Origin: Leptospira biflexa | GTDB taxonomy: Bacteria; Spirochaetota; Leptospiria; Turneriellales; DYLW01 | DNA length: 64,000 nt | Reading direction: 5' to 3' | Assembly: GCA_020720785.1 (NCBI GenBank) | Contig: DYOA01000004.1 | Span: 21,523 to 85,522, forward strand | Position numbers and translations under genes: made by a program | In this document: one piece after another, positions 29,732-38,136 of the stretch | How positions within the stretch are numbered: position 1 is the stretch's first letter | How the letters are laid out: every line of letters starts with the position of its first letter | Notes under the pieces: model-generated | Databases searched by the model: none | The model's input: the letters and a program-made list of their open reading frames with translations, nothing else | Told to the model about the DNA's origin: nothing

Positions 29732-30370
29732 ATGAAACCATTTGAAAAAATCACATCCAATATTTGCCCACTGGACATGCCCAATATTGACACGGACCAG
29801 ATCATACCCAAGCAGTTTCTGAAGCGCATTGAGAGATCCGGTTTTGGCCAGTTCCTGTTCTATGACTGGAGATTCCGGAATGGAAATACGGAAAATACGG
29901 AATTCAATATGAACAAACCGGAGTATAAGGGAGCACAGATTCTTTTAACGGAAGATAATTTTGGATGCGGTTCCTCCCGTGAGCACGCACCCTGGGCATT
30001 GGAGGATTACGGCATTAAGGTTATTCTCTCCCCTTCCTTTGCGGATATATTTCATAATAACTGTTTCCAGAATGGAATTCTCCCCATCCGTCTGGATAAG
30101 GAAATCATCCTGAATCTTTTCAAGGCTGCCTTTGCCCATCCCATGGAAAAATATACCGTGGATCTGGAGAAAAATGAGATTCTCGTGGAAGGGGAAAATT
30201 CCCGGAAGATACTGGGGAATTCCATTTCCTTTTCGTTGGATCCGGGCAAAAAAGAAAAACTGCTCAAAGGTCTGGATGATATTGGATGGACCTTACAGTT
30301 CCTGTCAGAAATTGAAAAACATGAGAAGAGCAGGGTGACGTTTAGCGAAAGCCATCATCAGCGAACGTAA
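29732..30370 (+). CDS. leuD: 3-isopropylmalate dehydratase small subunit
   Basis: The 212-aa ORF has 'NIDTDQIIPKQFL' and 'NFGCGSSREHAPWAL' and follows leuC after 3 nt. Confidence 0.93.
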   Translation: MKPFEKITSNICPLDMPNIDTDQIIPKQFLKRIERSGFGQFLFYDWRFRNGNTENTEFNMNKPEYKGAQILLTEDNFGCGSSREHAPWALEDYGIKVILSPSFADIFHNNCFQNGILPIRLDKEIILNLFKAAFAHPMEKYTVDLEKNEILVEGENSRKILGNSISFSLDPGKKEKLLKGLDDIGWTLQFLSEIEKHEKSRVTFSESHHQRT

Positions 30371-31353
30371 GAATCGCCGTCTTTACGCAGAACAATCCGG
30401 TTTTCCGATTCCAGGTCGTGGATGGTATCCAAGACGGTATTTCTTGCAGTTTCCACTTCAGAGATGGGAATTCTGTCCAGACGGTCCATTTCATCGATGA
30501 TATCCGCAGATCGATTAATGGAAATACTGGAGAGAATATGGCGACGCAGCGTTTCTCCGGAACCCTTCAACGCTTTTGCCCATATTTCATAGGATGACAG
30601 TCTCTCCATCAATACGCGGACTTCTTTCTGCTCCAGATTGATAATATCCGCAAAAGTAAACAATTGGGAACGGATTCTTTCCGCCATGGAATCATCTTCT
30701 GTGCGAATGCTTTCCAGAATGGTTTCCTCTTTAGCGGAGTCCACATATTTCAGAATTTCCGCCAGCCGGTTTTCTCCATCAATTTCATAAAATTTATCTT
30801 CGGAAAAGGAGTCCAGCTTTTTCTTCAGAGACTGGTACACCGCATACAGGACTTCCGGAAGAACATCCGTGGACTTGGCAATACGGTAGGACACTTTCGC
30901 GGCATACTCCCTGTCAAATTCCTTGATGACGGCTGCCGCGAATGGGGGTTTTAACTGGGATAAAACGATTGCAGCCGTCTGGGGGAGCTCAGAGGAAAGA
31001 ATATGGGCAAGGTCTTCTGGAGGATAATCCGATAACTTTTTAAAGTAATCATGGACTTTGGACTTTTCTATCTTATCTATGTATTTCTGTGATTTTTCTT
31101 TTCCCAGGGTTTTTTCCAGCCAGGCAATGGCGGTGTCTTTACCGCCGGTGCTTTCCATCTGGGCTTTTCTCAGGGTATCCCGGAATTCCTTTAAAAGAGT
31201 TTCTTTTTCCTCGGCGTTTATGACAGAAATCTCAGCGATTTCCACTGCCAGCTTTTCAATGTATTTTTCATCCAGATGCTTGAGAATATTGGAAGCGTTT
31301 TCTTTCCCCAGGGCAAGTAGTAGTTTTGCTGCCTTCTGGCTGCCCTTTTCCAT
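30358..31353 (-). CDS. fliG: flagellar motor switch protein FliG (isolated paralogue)
   Basis: The 331-aa ORF has 'KAAKLLLALGKENASNILKHL', an EHPQ-like 'ELPQTAAIVLSQL', an MFxF-like 'QLFTFADI', and a C-terminal torque-helix region. Confidence 0.9.
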   Translation of the reverse strand: MEKGSQKAAKLLLALGKENASNILKHLDEKYIEKLAVEIAEISVINAEEKETLLKEFRDTLRKAQMESTGGKDTAIAWLEKTLGKEKSQKYIDKIEKSKVHDYFKKLSDYPPEDLAHILSSELPQTAAIVLSQLKPPFAAAVIKEFDREYAAKVSYRIAKSTDVLPEVLYAVYQSLKKKLDSFSEDKFYEIDGENRLAEILKYVDSAKEETILESIRTEDDSMAERIRSQLFTFADIINLEQKEVRVLMERLSSYEIWAKALKGSGETLRRHILSSISINRSADIIDEMDRLDRIPISEVETARNTVLDTIHDLESENRIVLRKDGDSYVR

Positions 31354-31361
31354 TCGTTATT

Positions 31362-31691
31362 TTAATTTTTCAATGCTTCTTCTTCTGTTTCATGGATTTC
31401 AAACATATCCATCAATTCCACCACTTCAAATATTTTTCTCACTGCGGGATTCAGATTGGAAAGCTTAAGGGATTTTCCGGCGGATTTGAGAACTCTCATG
31501 GTAGCAACCAGAACCCTGAGACCGCTGGAAGACATGTATTCCACATCCACCAAGTTGATGATCAGATTTTTGGACGGATTTTCATCCAGAATTTTATTGA
31601 TTTCTTTTTCCACATCTCCGCTGGCATGAACATCCAGTCTTCCCTTGAGATATACAACAATGTTATCGCCTGCTTCTTTTTTTGTTACCAT
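31362..31691 (-). CDS. STAS-domain anti-sigma-factor antagonist (SpoIIAA/RsbV-like)
   Basis: The 109-aa ORF has 'IINLVDVEYMSSSGLRVLV', which contains the conserved phosphorylatable Ser context (DSSGL-like). Confidence 0.88.
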   Translation of the reverse strand: MVTKKEAGDNIVVYLKGRLDVHASGDVEKEINKILDENPSKNLIINLVDVEYMSSSGLRVLVATMRVLKSAGKSLKLSNLNPAVRKIFEVVELMDMFEIHETEEEALKN

Positions 31692-31727
31692 ATGCCAATC
31701 ATATCACCTTTTATTGGGTGTAAACAT

Positions 31728-34046
31728 TTATTTGATGCGGATAATCATTAATGTGAAATCATCAAACTGTGGTTCGGTTCCGCAGAATTCCAGGACATCC
31801 GCATACACCTTTTCCGTAATGGTAGCGACGGAAACGTCCCGATTTTGATACAGAATATCCAGAAACCTGTCCATCCCGTATTCTTCGTTCTGGGGATTAA
31901 TACTTTCCACCACTCCGTCCGTGTACAGAACCAGGATGTCTCCGGATTCCATTCCAATACTCTTTTCCTCATAAACGTGTCCTTCCGAGGAAGGCAGAAT
32001 ACCCAGAGGCTTTCCTTTCGCACTCAGATACACCGGTTCGTTGCTACCGTTTTTCAGAAGTATCTGGCGGTTATGGCCGGCGGAAGAATAGGACAGAGTT
32101 TTGGCCGGTGCATCGTATGACGTCAGAAACATTGTGACAAACATACCGCCTTCACTGTTTTGGTAAATCAATTCATTGGCCATTTTCAAGATAAGGGATG
32201 GCAGCTTCTCTGTCTGGAACACCGTTCGGACGATGGAGCTGGCCAGTGCCATGAAAAGTGCTGCGGGAAGACTTTTTCCGGATACGTCGGCAATGGAGAA
32301 GTGCGAAGTTCCTTCCGGATTAATATTAAAGTCATAAAAATCACCGCCCATGGTTTTTGCGGGCTGGTAATAATGGGCCAAATCCAGAAGCGGGTTGTCC
32401 ACCTTTGTCCGGGGGAGAATGGCACGCTGGATATGGGAGGTTATCTGGAGTTCTTTTTCATAGGCCTTTTTCTCCAGCATTTCATTGACCATACTGTAGT
32501 TGGATATTGCCTGGGAAAGCTGGGTACTCAAGGTGATCAGAAGTCTCAGATTGCTTTTCTGGTAAGAATGCACGGAATCTTTTTTGGAGAGATTCACAAT
32601 CCCAAACGGTTTATCCCCCAGGCTCAGATAATAAATAATGCAATTCCCATTATTATAGCGATTGGCATCAAAAAAACGGGAGTATTTTGTGGAACGCAGA
32701 TCATTGGTAAAAAAGGATTTCCGGCTTTTGAAAACCTCCCCGGACAGATTATTATCCAGTTGTATTTCACTATGGAGTGCTTCCGCTGGTAATCCAAAAG
32801 CATAACGGATGATGAGTTTATCTTTTTTCTCATCATAGAGCAAAATCGAGATGGTAAAAGGATCAAACTGTTCGATGAGTAAATCCAGATAGGATTGCAA
32901 AATATTATCCACAGAGAAAGTTCGGGTGATCTGCTGGCTGAATTTATGCAGACCGGAAAGTTCGGAAATCCGTTTTTGTAAATTCCGGTTGGATACCTTC
33001 AAAGATTCAATCAAGTCCCGGTTGTGGATGGCGAGGGCGGCCTGTTCGGAAAAGGTGATAAACCTCTGGAGGTCTTTCTTTTTGAAGTTCATCCGCCCAA
33101 CGGTGTTGATTGCCTCCAGAACCCCAATCATTTCATTTTTTACCATCAGCGGTGTGGCAATCAGGTTTCTGGTTACGTAGTGACTGGCTTCGTCCACATT
33201 TTTAAAATGCCGGGAATCACTCTGGACATCATTGACAATTTCAGCTTTCCGGTTTAACGCTACCTCTCCGGCAATCCCTTTCCCAATGGGGATAGTCATC
33301 TTTTTCAACGCTTCGTCTTTTTCCCCGGATACCACAGAAAAAATCAGGTTCTCTTTCTTCTCATCCAGTAACATCAGACTGGAGCCTTCTGTTTTTAGTA
33401 CCATTTTACTGGATTCCATAATGGAACCCAGCAGATGATGAATATCGATGGAGGCATTAATCATCCGTGAAAGCTTGATAATTTCCGATACCATGGTGTC
33501 GTAATCCACCAATTCTTTCTGGCTGGAGAAAAAACGCTGGATCACCGGAAGAATCGCAGCCAGATCCATCACCAGTTGCGAGTCATCCGTATAATAGAGG
33601 TTACTCATAAAATCCCCGGTGACTTTAGCGGCAACCTGGACAATTTTACGGTCATTCAAGGTGAAATACCTTGAATCCAGTTTATCCCGGAACGTAATCT
33701 GACCAATTCGTTTTTTTCCGCCAAAAAGAGGATAAACCAGATAAGACCGGGGTGCTTTTTCCTCATTGTTTTCCAACCCAGGTTCATTTTCATTAATCTG
33801 CAGATAAGAGTCTTTTTTTTCTGATTCCCGGAAAACACATTTATCAAAATCATCCTGAACGTATGCAGGAAACAAAAATGATATGGGCTTTTCTTTTGTG
33901 TTAAGGCTTATTTTTATATTGGAAACTTTGATCAGATGAAAAAAAGTAGCTCCCAGTCTTTTCAGGAAATATCGGTTACTTTTTTTCAGCAGCACCCCTC
34001 TATGGATGCAGGCTTTCCCATTCTGGATAATGATTATCGGTTTCAT
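31728..34046 (-). CDS. tandem-GAF PP2C/SpoIIE-family serine phosphatase (RsbU-like)
   Basis: It has the PP2C core 'GGDFYDF...ADVSGKSLPAALFMA...YTDGVVES', preceded by two GAF-like blocks. The track ORF starts at a TTG at 34052. An ATG lies at 34046. Confidence 0.87.
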   Translation of the reverse strand: MKPIIIIQNGKACIHRGVLLKKSNRYFLKRLGATFFHLIKVSNIKISLNTKEKPISFLFPAYVQDDFDKCVFRESEKKDSYLQINENEPGLENNEEKAPRSYLVYPLFGGKKRIGQITFRDKLDSRYFTLNDRKIVQVAAKVTGDFMSNLYYTDDSQLVMDLAAILPVIQRFFSSQKELVDYDTMVSEIIKLSRMINASIDIHHLLGSIMESSKMVLKTEGSSLMLLDEKKENLIFSVVSGEKDEALKKMTIPIGKGIAGEVALNRKAEIVNDVQSDSRHFKNVDEASHYVTRNLIATPLMVKNEMIGVLEAINTVGRMNFKKKDLQRFITFSEQAALAIHNRDLIESLKVSNRNLQKRISELSGLHKFSQQITRTFSVDNILQSYLDLLIEQFDPFTISILLYDEKKDKLIIRYAFGLPAEALHSEIQLDNNLSGEVFKSRKSFFTNDLRSTKYSRFFDANRYNNGNCIIYYLSLGDKPFGIVNLSKKDSVHSYQKSNLRLLITLSTQLSQAISNYSMVNEMLEKKAYEKELQITSHIQRAILPRTKVDNPLLDLAHYYQPAKTMGGDFYDFNINPEGTSHFSIADVSGKSLPAALFMALASSIVRTVFQTEKLPSLILKMANELIYQNSEGGMFVTMFLTSYDAPAKTLSYSSAGHNRQILLKNGSNEPVYLSAKGKPLGILPSSEGHVYEEKSIGMESGDILVLYTDGVVESINPQNEEYGMDRFLDILYQNRDVSVATITEKVYADVLEFCGTEPQFDDFTLMIIRIK

Positions 34047-34054
34047 ATACAATG

Positions 34055-36166
34055 CTATCTGTTATTCAATCTTTGTTCAATAAATTTTCCGGTGGATTTA
34101 TCTTTCCGCATTTTGCCTTCCATATTTCCAAATTTTGTTTTCAATTTTTCCTCATAGGTTTTCACATGGGCTTCCTGCCGTATTATTTCCTTGTCCAGAG
34201 CCAGTATCCTGGTTTTATTGGCGTCAATCTGGGAAGAAATAATCCCACGGGTAAACTGGATATAGGGCTCCAAAAATTCATGGGAGGAAAACGCAAAACC
34301 GGAATCAATGACTCTGTCCGAATTGGAGTCCAGCCCGAAGAATTCTTTAACAGCAGTGGGATTTTCCATCACCATGGAGATCAATTTTCCTTCATCCAGA
34401 ATCAGATACCCTTGGGAGATGTTTTTCCACTCCGCTCCCACTTCTCCGGTTGTAATCCCGATAAAAGGAAGGGATTTAATGTAGGGTTCCCGGAGAGCGG
34501 GGTAGGAGTCTGCAACCCGGAATTTCAATCCATTGACCAGACTGCGGATGGCGGAATTGCCCACCAGAATACCGGATTCCTGTTTCATTTTATCATATTC
34601 TCCAACCGCTTTAATTTCCGATGTTTTTGTCAGCTCATGGGAAAGTTTCAATAATTCATTATACGCCTCGATAAACTCTTTTACCTGAGTGACAGAGTCA
34701 ACCGGATTTTTTGTGACTTTCACAAGTATTTCCTGGGGGGTGGGGGCAATCAGGTTTATGTTGGCACCCTTGATTAAATCTTCAATGGCCAGATTTCCTT
34801 TTCTTTCCACAGGAATTCCATCCAGTTCCAAGGAGGCATTGGAAGCTTCCTGGATAATATTCCTAAACTGTTCTTTCTGGCCGGCTATGTTTGGCTTCTC
34901 TTTATCTGTTTTTTCTGGTTCAGGGATTATTTCATAGACCCATTTGGCATTGAAGAAAGTAACATTCATATTCTGTGTATAGAAATCCATTTTCTTTATA
35001 TTTGCATCCACGGGAATTTGAATTAGCTTATCTTTTCCTTTCAGAGATATCTTCAATGGACCGTTCTGGAGACCCTCCGTTTTTTTCCCATCTTTGGAAT
35101 CTGGCTGCGGAGATGGAGTTGGGGGATTAGCGGCTCCGGAGGGGGATTCCGGAAAATGAAGGATAACCCCATAATCCTTTTCTTCTTCCCGGACTGTTTT
35201 ATGCTCTCTTTCTCTTTCAATGTTGTAGGTATGAATTTCATTTCCCTGGATATTCAACGTATCCACCGGTCCGTCTGCAATTTTATCCGGAGCGTTATCC
35301 TTTTCCTCCGGAGGGGTGGGGACCATGTCATGTTCCAGATTCAGGGCCTTCAATTTCTTTTTCTCCTGCACGGGTGGTGCCTGGTCAAATCTCCGGGCAG
35401 ATTCACCGGAGATGGTAAATCCTTTTTTATCTTCCCTTAATTGGAACGGCCCATCTTTTACCACGGAAAAATTTTCCAGCCCAAAGAGAATATCACTATA
35501 ATCTTCTTTCATTTCTCCTGAGCTTTTATCTTCCGGCTTTCCGTCCGGTTTATCTGTCCCGGCCAAACCTTTGATCAAACCGGCTTTTTTCAGAATCCCG
35601 TCCGGATCCTCCATCTTCAGGAGAGCTTCTTCTCCTTCTTTGACAGTCTCCGCAACCAAAAGAGCATTATCCGCATCCGGACGAATATATTTCACCGTTA
35701 AAAAATCAGAATAGTATTCATTGATAAAATCTGCCAGATTCTCCAGCTTTCCACCGGAAAATCGTTTTTCCCGTCCATTAATGGATATTTTCCCGGCAGG
35801 AAACACCTGGGACGTTTTCACCGCATCGGATTTGAAAACCAGCTTTTTGGCCAATTGGTGGATTTTTAAACGATATTCACCGGATGTGGCGTTTTTTGCG
35901 GAGGATCCGGATGCAAACCCTTCTTTGGAGAACTCCAGTTTTTTGGATTCAAAAGAGGCTTCAAATCCATATAGCTTTTTGAGTCTGTCCTGGAGTCTTT
36001 TTGTATATTTCCGTAATTCCTCCAGAGCGGCATTCTTTGCCCGTAGCTCTGCCTGTTCGCGTTCCATACGCCGCTGGGGAATGCGTTCAATGGCCACCAG
36101 ATCATTGATAACTTTCTGGGTATCCATTCCAGAGGGCGAATTGGGTATATAACTGGGTGCCGGCAT
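34055..36166 (-). CDS. fliD: flagellar filament capping protein FliD (hook-associated protein 2)
   Basis: The 703-aa ORF has N-terminal 'GMDTQKVINDLVAIERIPQ' and a C-terminal coiled coil 'IDANKTRILALDKEI...KFGNME', both typical of FliD. A Pro/Lys-rich insertion lies in the middle. Confidence 0.85.
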   Translation of the reverse strand: MPAPSYIPNSPSGMDTQKVINDLVAIERIPQRRMEREQAELRAKNAALEELRKYTKRLQDRLKKLYGFEASFESKKLEFSKEGFASGSSAKNATSGEYRLKIHQLAKKLVFKSDAVKTSQVFPAGKISINGREKRFSGGKLENLADFINEYYSDFLTVKYIRPDADNALLVAETVKEGEEALLKMEDPDGILKKAGLIKGLAGTDKPDGKPEDKSSGEMKEDYSDILFGLENFSVVKDGPFQLREDKKGFTISGESARRFDQAPPVQEKKKLKALNLEHDMVPTPPEEKDNAPDKIADGPVDTLNIQGNEIHTYNIEREREHKTVREEEKDYGVILHFPESPSGAANPPTPSPQPDSKDGKKTEGLQNGPLKISLKGKDKLIQIPVDANIKKMDFYTQNMNVTFFNAKWVYEIIPEPEKTDKEKPNIAGQKEQFRNIIQEASNASLELDGIPVERKGNLAIEDLIKGANINLIAPTPQEILVKVTKNPVDSVTQVKEFIEAYNELLKLSHELTKTSEIKAVGEYDKMKQESGILVGNSAIRSLVNGLKFRVADSYPALREPYIKSLPFIGITTGEVGAEWKNISQGYLILDEGKLISMVMENPTAVKEFFGLDSNSDRVIDSGFAFSSHEFLEPYIQFTRGIISSQIDANKTRILALDKEIIRQEAHVKTYEEKLKTKFGNMEGKMRKDKSTGKFIEQRLNNR

Positions 36167-36242
36167 ATTGTTTCCGTAAATTTAGCAGATAACCCTCATA
36201 AAGCCAAAAAAAAGAAGAGATGGTTATCTTTTTTCTTTTTCT

Positions 36243-36277
36243 ATATCGGCCAATGGGGAAAAACCAACAGAACTTTA
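36243..36277 (-). promoter_or_regulatory. sigma-28 (FliA)-type promoter candidate for fliD
   Basis: The minus strand reads TAAAGTTC (36277-36270), then 19 nt, then GCCGATAT (36250-36243). The -10 is an exact match to the Bacillus SigD consensus. The spacer is about 8 nt longer than canonical. It lies 77 nt upstream of the fliD ATG. Confidence 0.4.
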
Positions 36278-36280
36278 TCT

Positions 36281-36295
36281 ATTATGAGACATAAT
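36281..36295. promoter_or_regulatory. 15-bp perfect palindrome ATTATG-aga-CATAAT (operator-like)
   Basis: Read directly from the sequence. It abuts the -35-like element of the fliD promoter candidate in the fliD/secreted-protein divergent region. Confidence 0.35.
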
Positions 36296-36303
36296 CTCCC
36301 TTA

Positions 36304-36342
36304 TGTAAAGTGATTCTGTAAAGTAAATCTGTTAAGCGATTA
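36304..36342. repeat. three imperfect 13-bp tandem direct repeats (TGTAAAGTGATTC / TGTAAAGTAAATC / TGTTAAGCGATTA)
   Basis: Read directly from the sequence. The copies occupy 36304-36316, 36317-36329 and 36330-36342 within the divergent intergenic region. Confidence 0.7.
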
Positions 36343-36360
36343 CACATTGGTTCTCTTTCC

Positions 36361-36403
36361 TGCTTTCATGATCCGGAAACTGCGGATTTCCCGGAAAAGC
36401 AGA
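36361..36403. other. 43-nt imperfect hairpin (outer stem CTGCTTT/AAAGCAG, inner stem TCCGGAAA/TTTCcCGGA, 7-nt loop)
   Basis: Read directly from the sequence. It is followed by A8, not T-rich sequence, so it is not a canonical terminator on either strand. Confidence 0.5.
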
Positions 36404-36480
36404 AAAAAAACTTGCCGTTGTGCATAAAAACCCGGATTGGTATTTGCGTGACTTAAAAATTAACCTTGGAGAAAAAATTT

Positions 36481-38136
36481 ATGAAATCAGTTACAAAAGC
36501 ATTGTTTGTTCTACTGTTTTCCGTATCTGCTACGTTTGCCTTTGCTCCGGCAGACTATGCAGATAAGGACACAATTTTTTATGCAGAAATTGACAGCTAT
36601 TCCTCGTTGCTGAAAAAGACGCAGACATTTTACCTGAACCTCAGGAACCCCGCCGGAAAGAATGAATTGGAAATGGTCAAAACCGAGTTCAAACAGAATA
36701 TGGGAATTGACATCCTGGATGAAAAAGCCGTTGCCGCGTTTGGGGTGGATGTGACCCAACCCATCGCCGTGGGGGTTACTATGGCAGATCCCCAGATGCA
36801 GCAGGGAAAAGTGCACATTTGGATTCCTTCCGGTAATTCAGCTAGACTATACCAGAATGTTCTGAAAATGCTGGCAGCAAAAGACGCATCGGTGAGGCAA
36901 TACGATGAAGGTGCACAGGCTTCCTTCACAGAATTGAAATCCAATGAGCTCATAGAAATTGGCCAGGGCGAGGTTTTTATTGCCAGAGGAAGGGATTTTA
37001 TCTATATCACCACCGATCAGACAGCGGCAAACAATCCGTCCAAAGCAGGCGATTCCCTTGCCGGAACCGAGAAATACAAACTTCTGAAAGATCATTACGC
37101 TAAATCAGATAAAACGGGGATTTATCTCATTGACTATTCTCTGGTTACCACGGCGGCTTTGAGCCAGTATGCCCTGATGTACGGAGATGCGGGGAATGAA
37201 ATTGAAAAAGAATATCTGGAGGAAATTAAGGAAAATTTAATTTCCATTGGAGGAAAACTGGATATCCGTCCCAAAAGCTTTAACATCCAGTTTACTTATT
37301 TTTATAAAGAGGGCTATTTACAGGATATGACTAAAATGATGCCCAAACTGCTAAAAAATACTTCCAATCCAACCTCAATAGATTTTTTCAATGGAAATCC
37401 CATAGCATATTTTTCCCTCAAAATGAACCTTCCGGAGTTCTATAACGTTATGAAGGGAATGCAGCCCACCATCGCAACAAGCATCGCAGAAATGAACCAG
37501 GGATTTTCCGAGGATACTGGTCTGGACATTGAAACCGATGTGATCAACGGCTTCACCGGACGGGGATCGATGCTTCTGGTATCTCTGCCACCAGAAAAAC
37601 GCCTTCAGGATTTTAACGCCTGGAATGGGGCAATGGCAGTGGGAATCACACCAGGATCCGGGGATAAATTCAACAAAATAATCCTGGCCCTCCAGAAAAA
37701 AAATGATAACCCGAATATGACCATTAAATCCCAGAAGCTGGATAATGATGTTACTCTTTGGGCTTTTGTTACGAAAATGAATCCGGAATCAGAAGCCACA
37801 GAAGAAGCGTCACCCAAAAAATCGGCAAAGAAAAACACTGTGTATGTTTATGTTAAATCGGATGAAATAGTCATCGCTCCCAAAATGAACGCATGGATTA
37901 CCAAACCGGCAAGCAAAATTCATTTAATAAAAAAACTGGTAAAGGGAAATGAAAGCAATACTCCCGGAATTTTTTATGTGGATGTAAGCTCCGTTTCAAA
38001 ATACATGAAGACCACCTCTTATGGAATGATGATGGGCATGTATCTTGCTTATATCCAGAACGTGAAAGATGTTTACATGATATCATCCACAGAGGAAAAC
38101 ATCACAGTTTCTGATTTCATGATCAGACTTAAATGA
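36481..38136 (+). CDS. hypothetical secreted protein (signal peptide)
   Basis: The N-terminus is 'MKSVTKALFVLLFSVSATFAFAP'. GGAG lies 9 nt upstream of the ATG at 36481. The track ORF starts at a TTG at 36466. This is the first gene of a five-gene coupled operon. Confidence 0.65.
   Translation: MKSVTKALFVLLFSVSATFAFAPADYADKDTIFYAEIDSYSSLLKKTQTFYLNLRNPAGKNELEMVKTEFKQNMGIDILDEKAVAAFGVDVTQPIAVGVTMADPQMQQGKVHIWIPSGNSARLYQNVLKMLAAKDASVRQYDEGAQASFTELKSNELIEIGQGEVFIARGRDFIYITTDQTAANNPSKAGDSLAGTEKYKLLKDHYAKSDKTGIYLIDYSLVTTAALSQYALMYGDAGNEIEKEYLEEIKENLISIGGKLDIRPKSFNIQFTYFYKEGYLQDMTKMMPKLLKNTSNPTSIDFFNGNPIAYFSLKMNLPEFYNVMKGMQPTIATSIAEMNQGFSEDTGLDIETDVINGFTGRGSMLLVSLPPEKRLQDFNAWNGAMAVGITPGSGDKFNKIILALQKKNDNPNMTIKSQKLDNDVTLWAFVTKMNPESEATEEASPKKSAKKNTVYVYVKSDEIVIAPKMNAWITKPASKIHLIKKLVKGNESNTPGIFYVDVSSVSKYMKTTSYGMMMGMYLAYIQNVKDVYMISSTEENITVSDFMIRLK

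Noticed and set aside
36187-36240. A hairpin followed by a T-rich run that looks like a + strand intrinsic terminator.
   Set aside because: No + strand gene ends upstream of it. The adjacent gene is fliD on the minus strand, so the element lies in the fliD 5' leader. I reinterpreted it as a possible leader structure in the findings.
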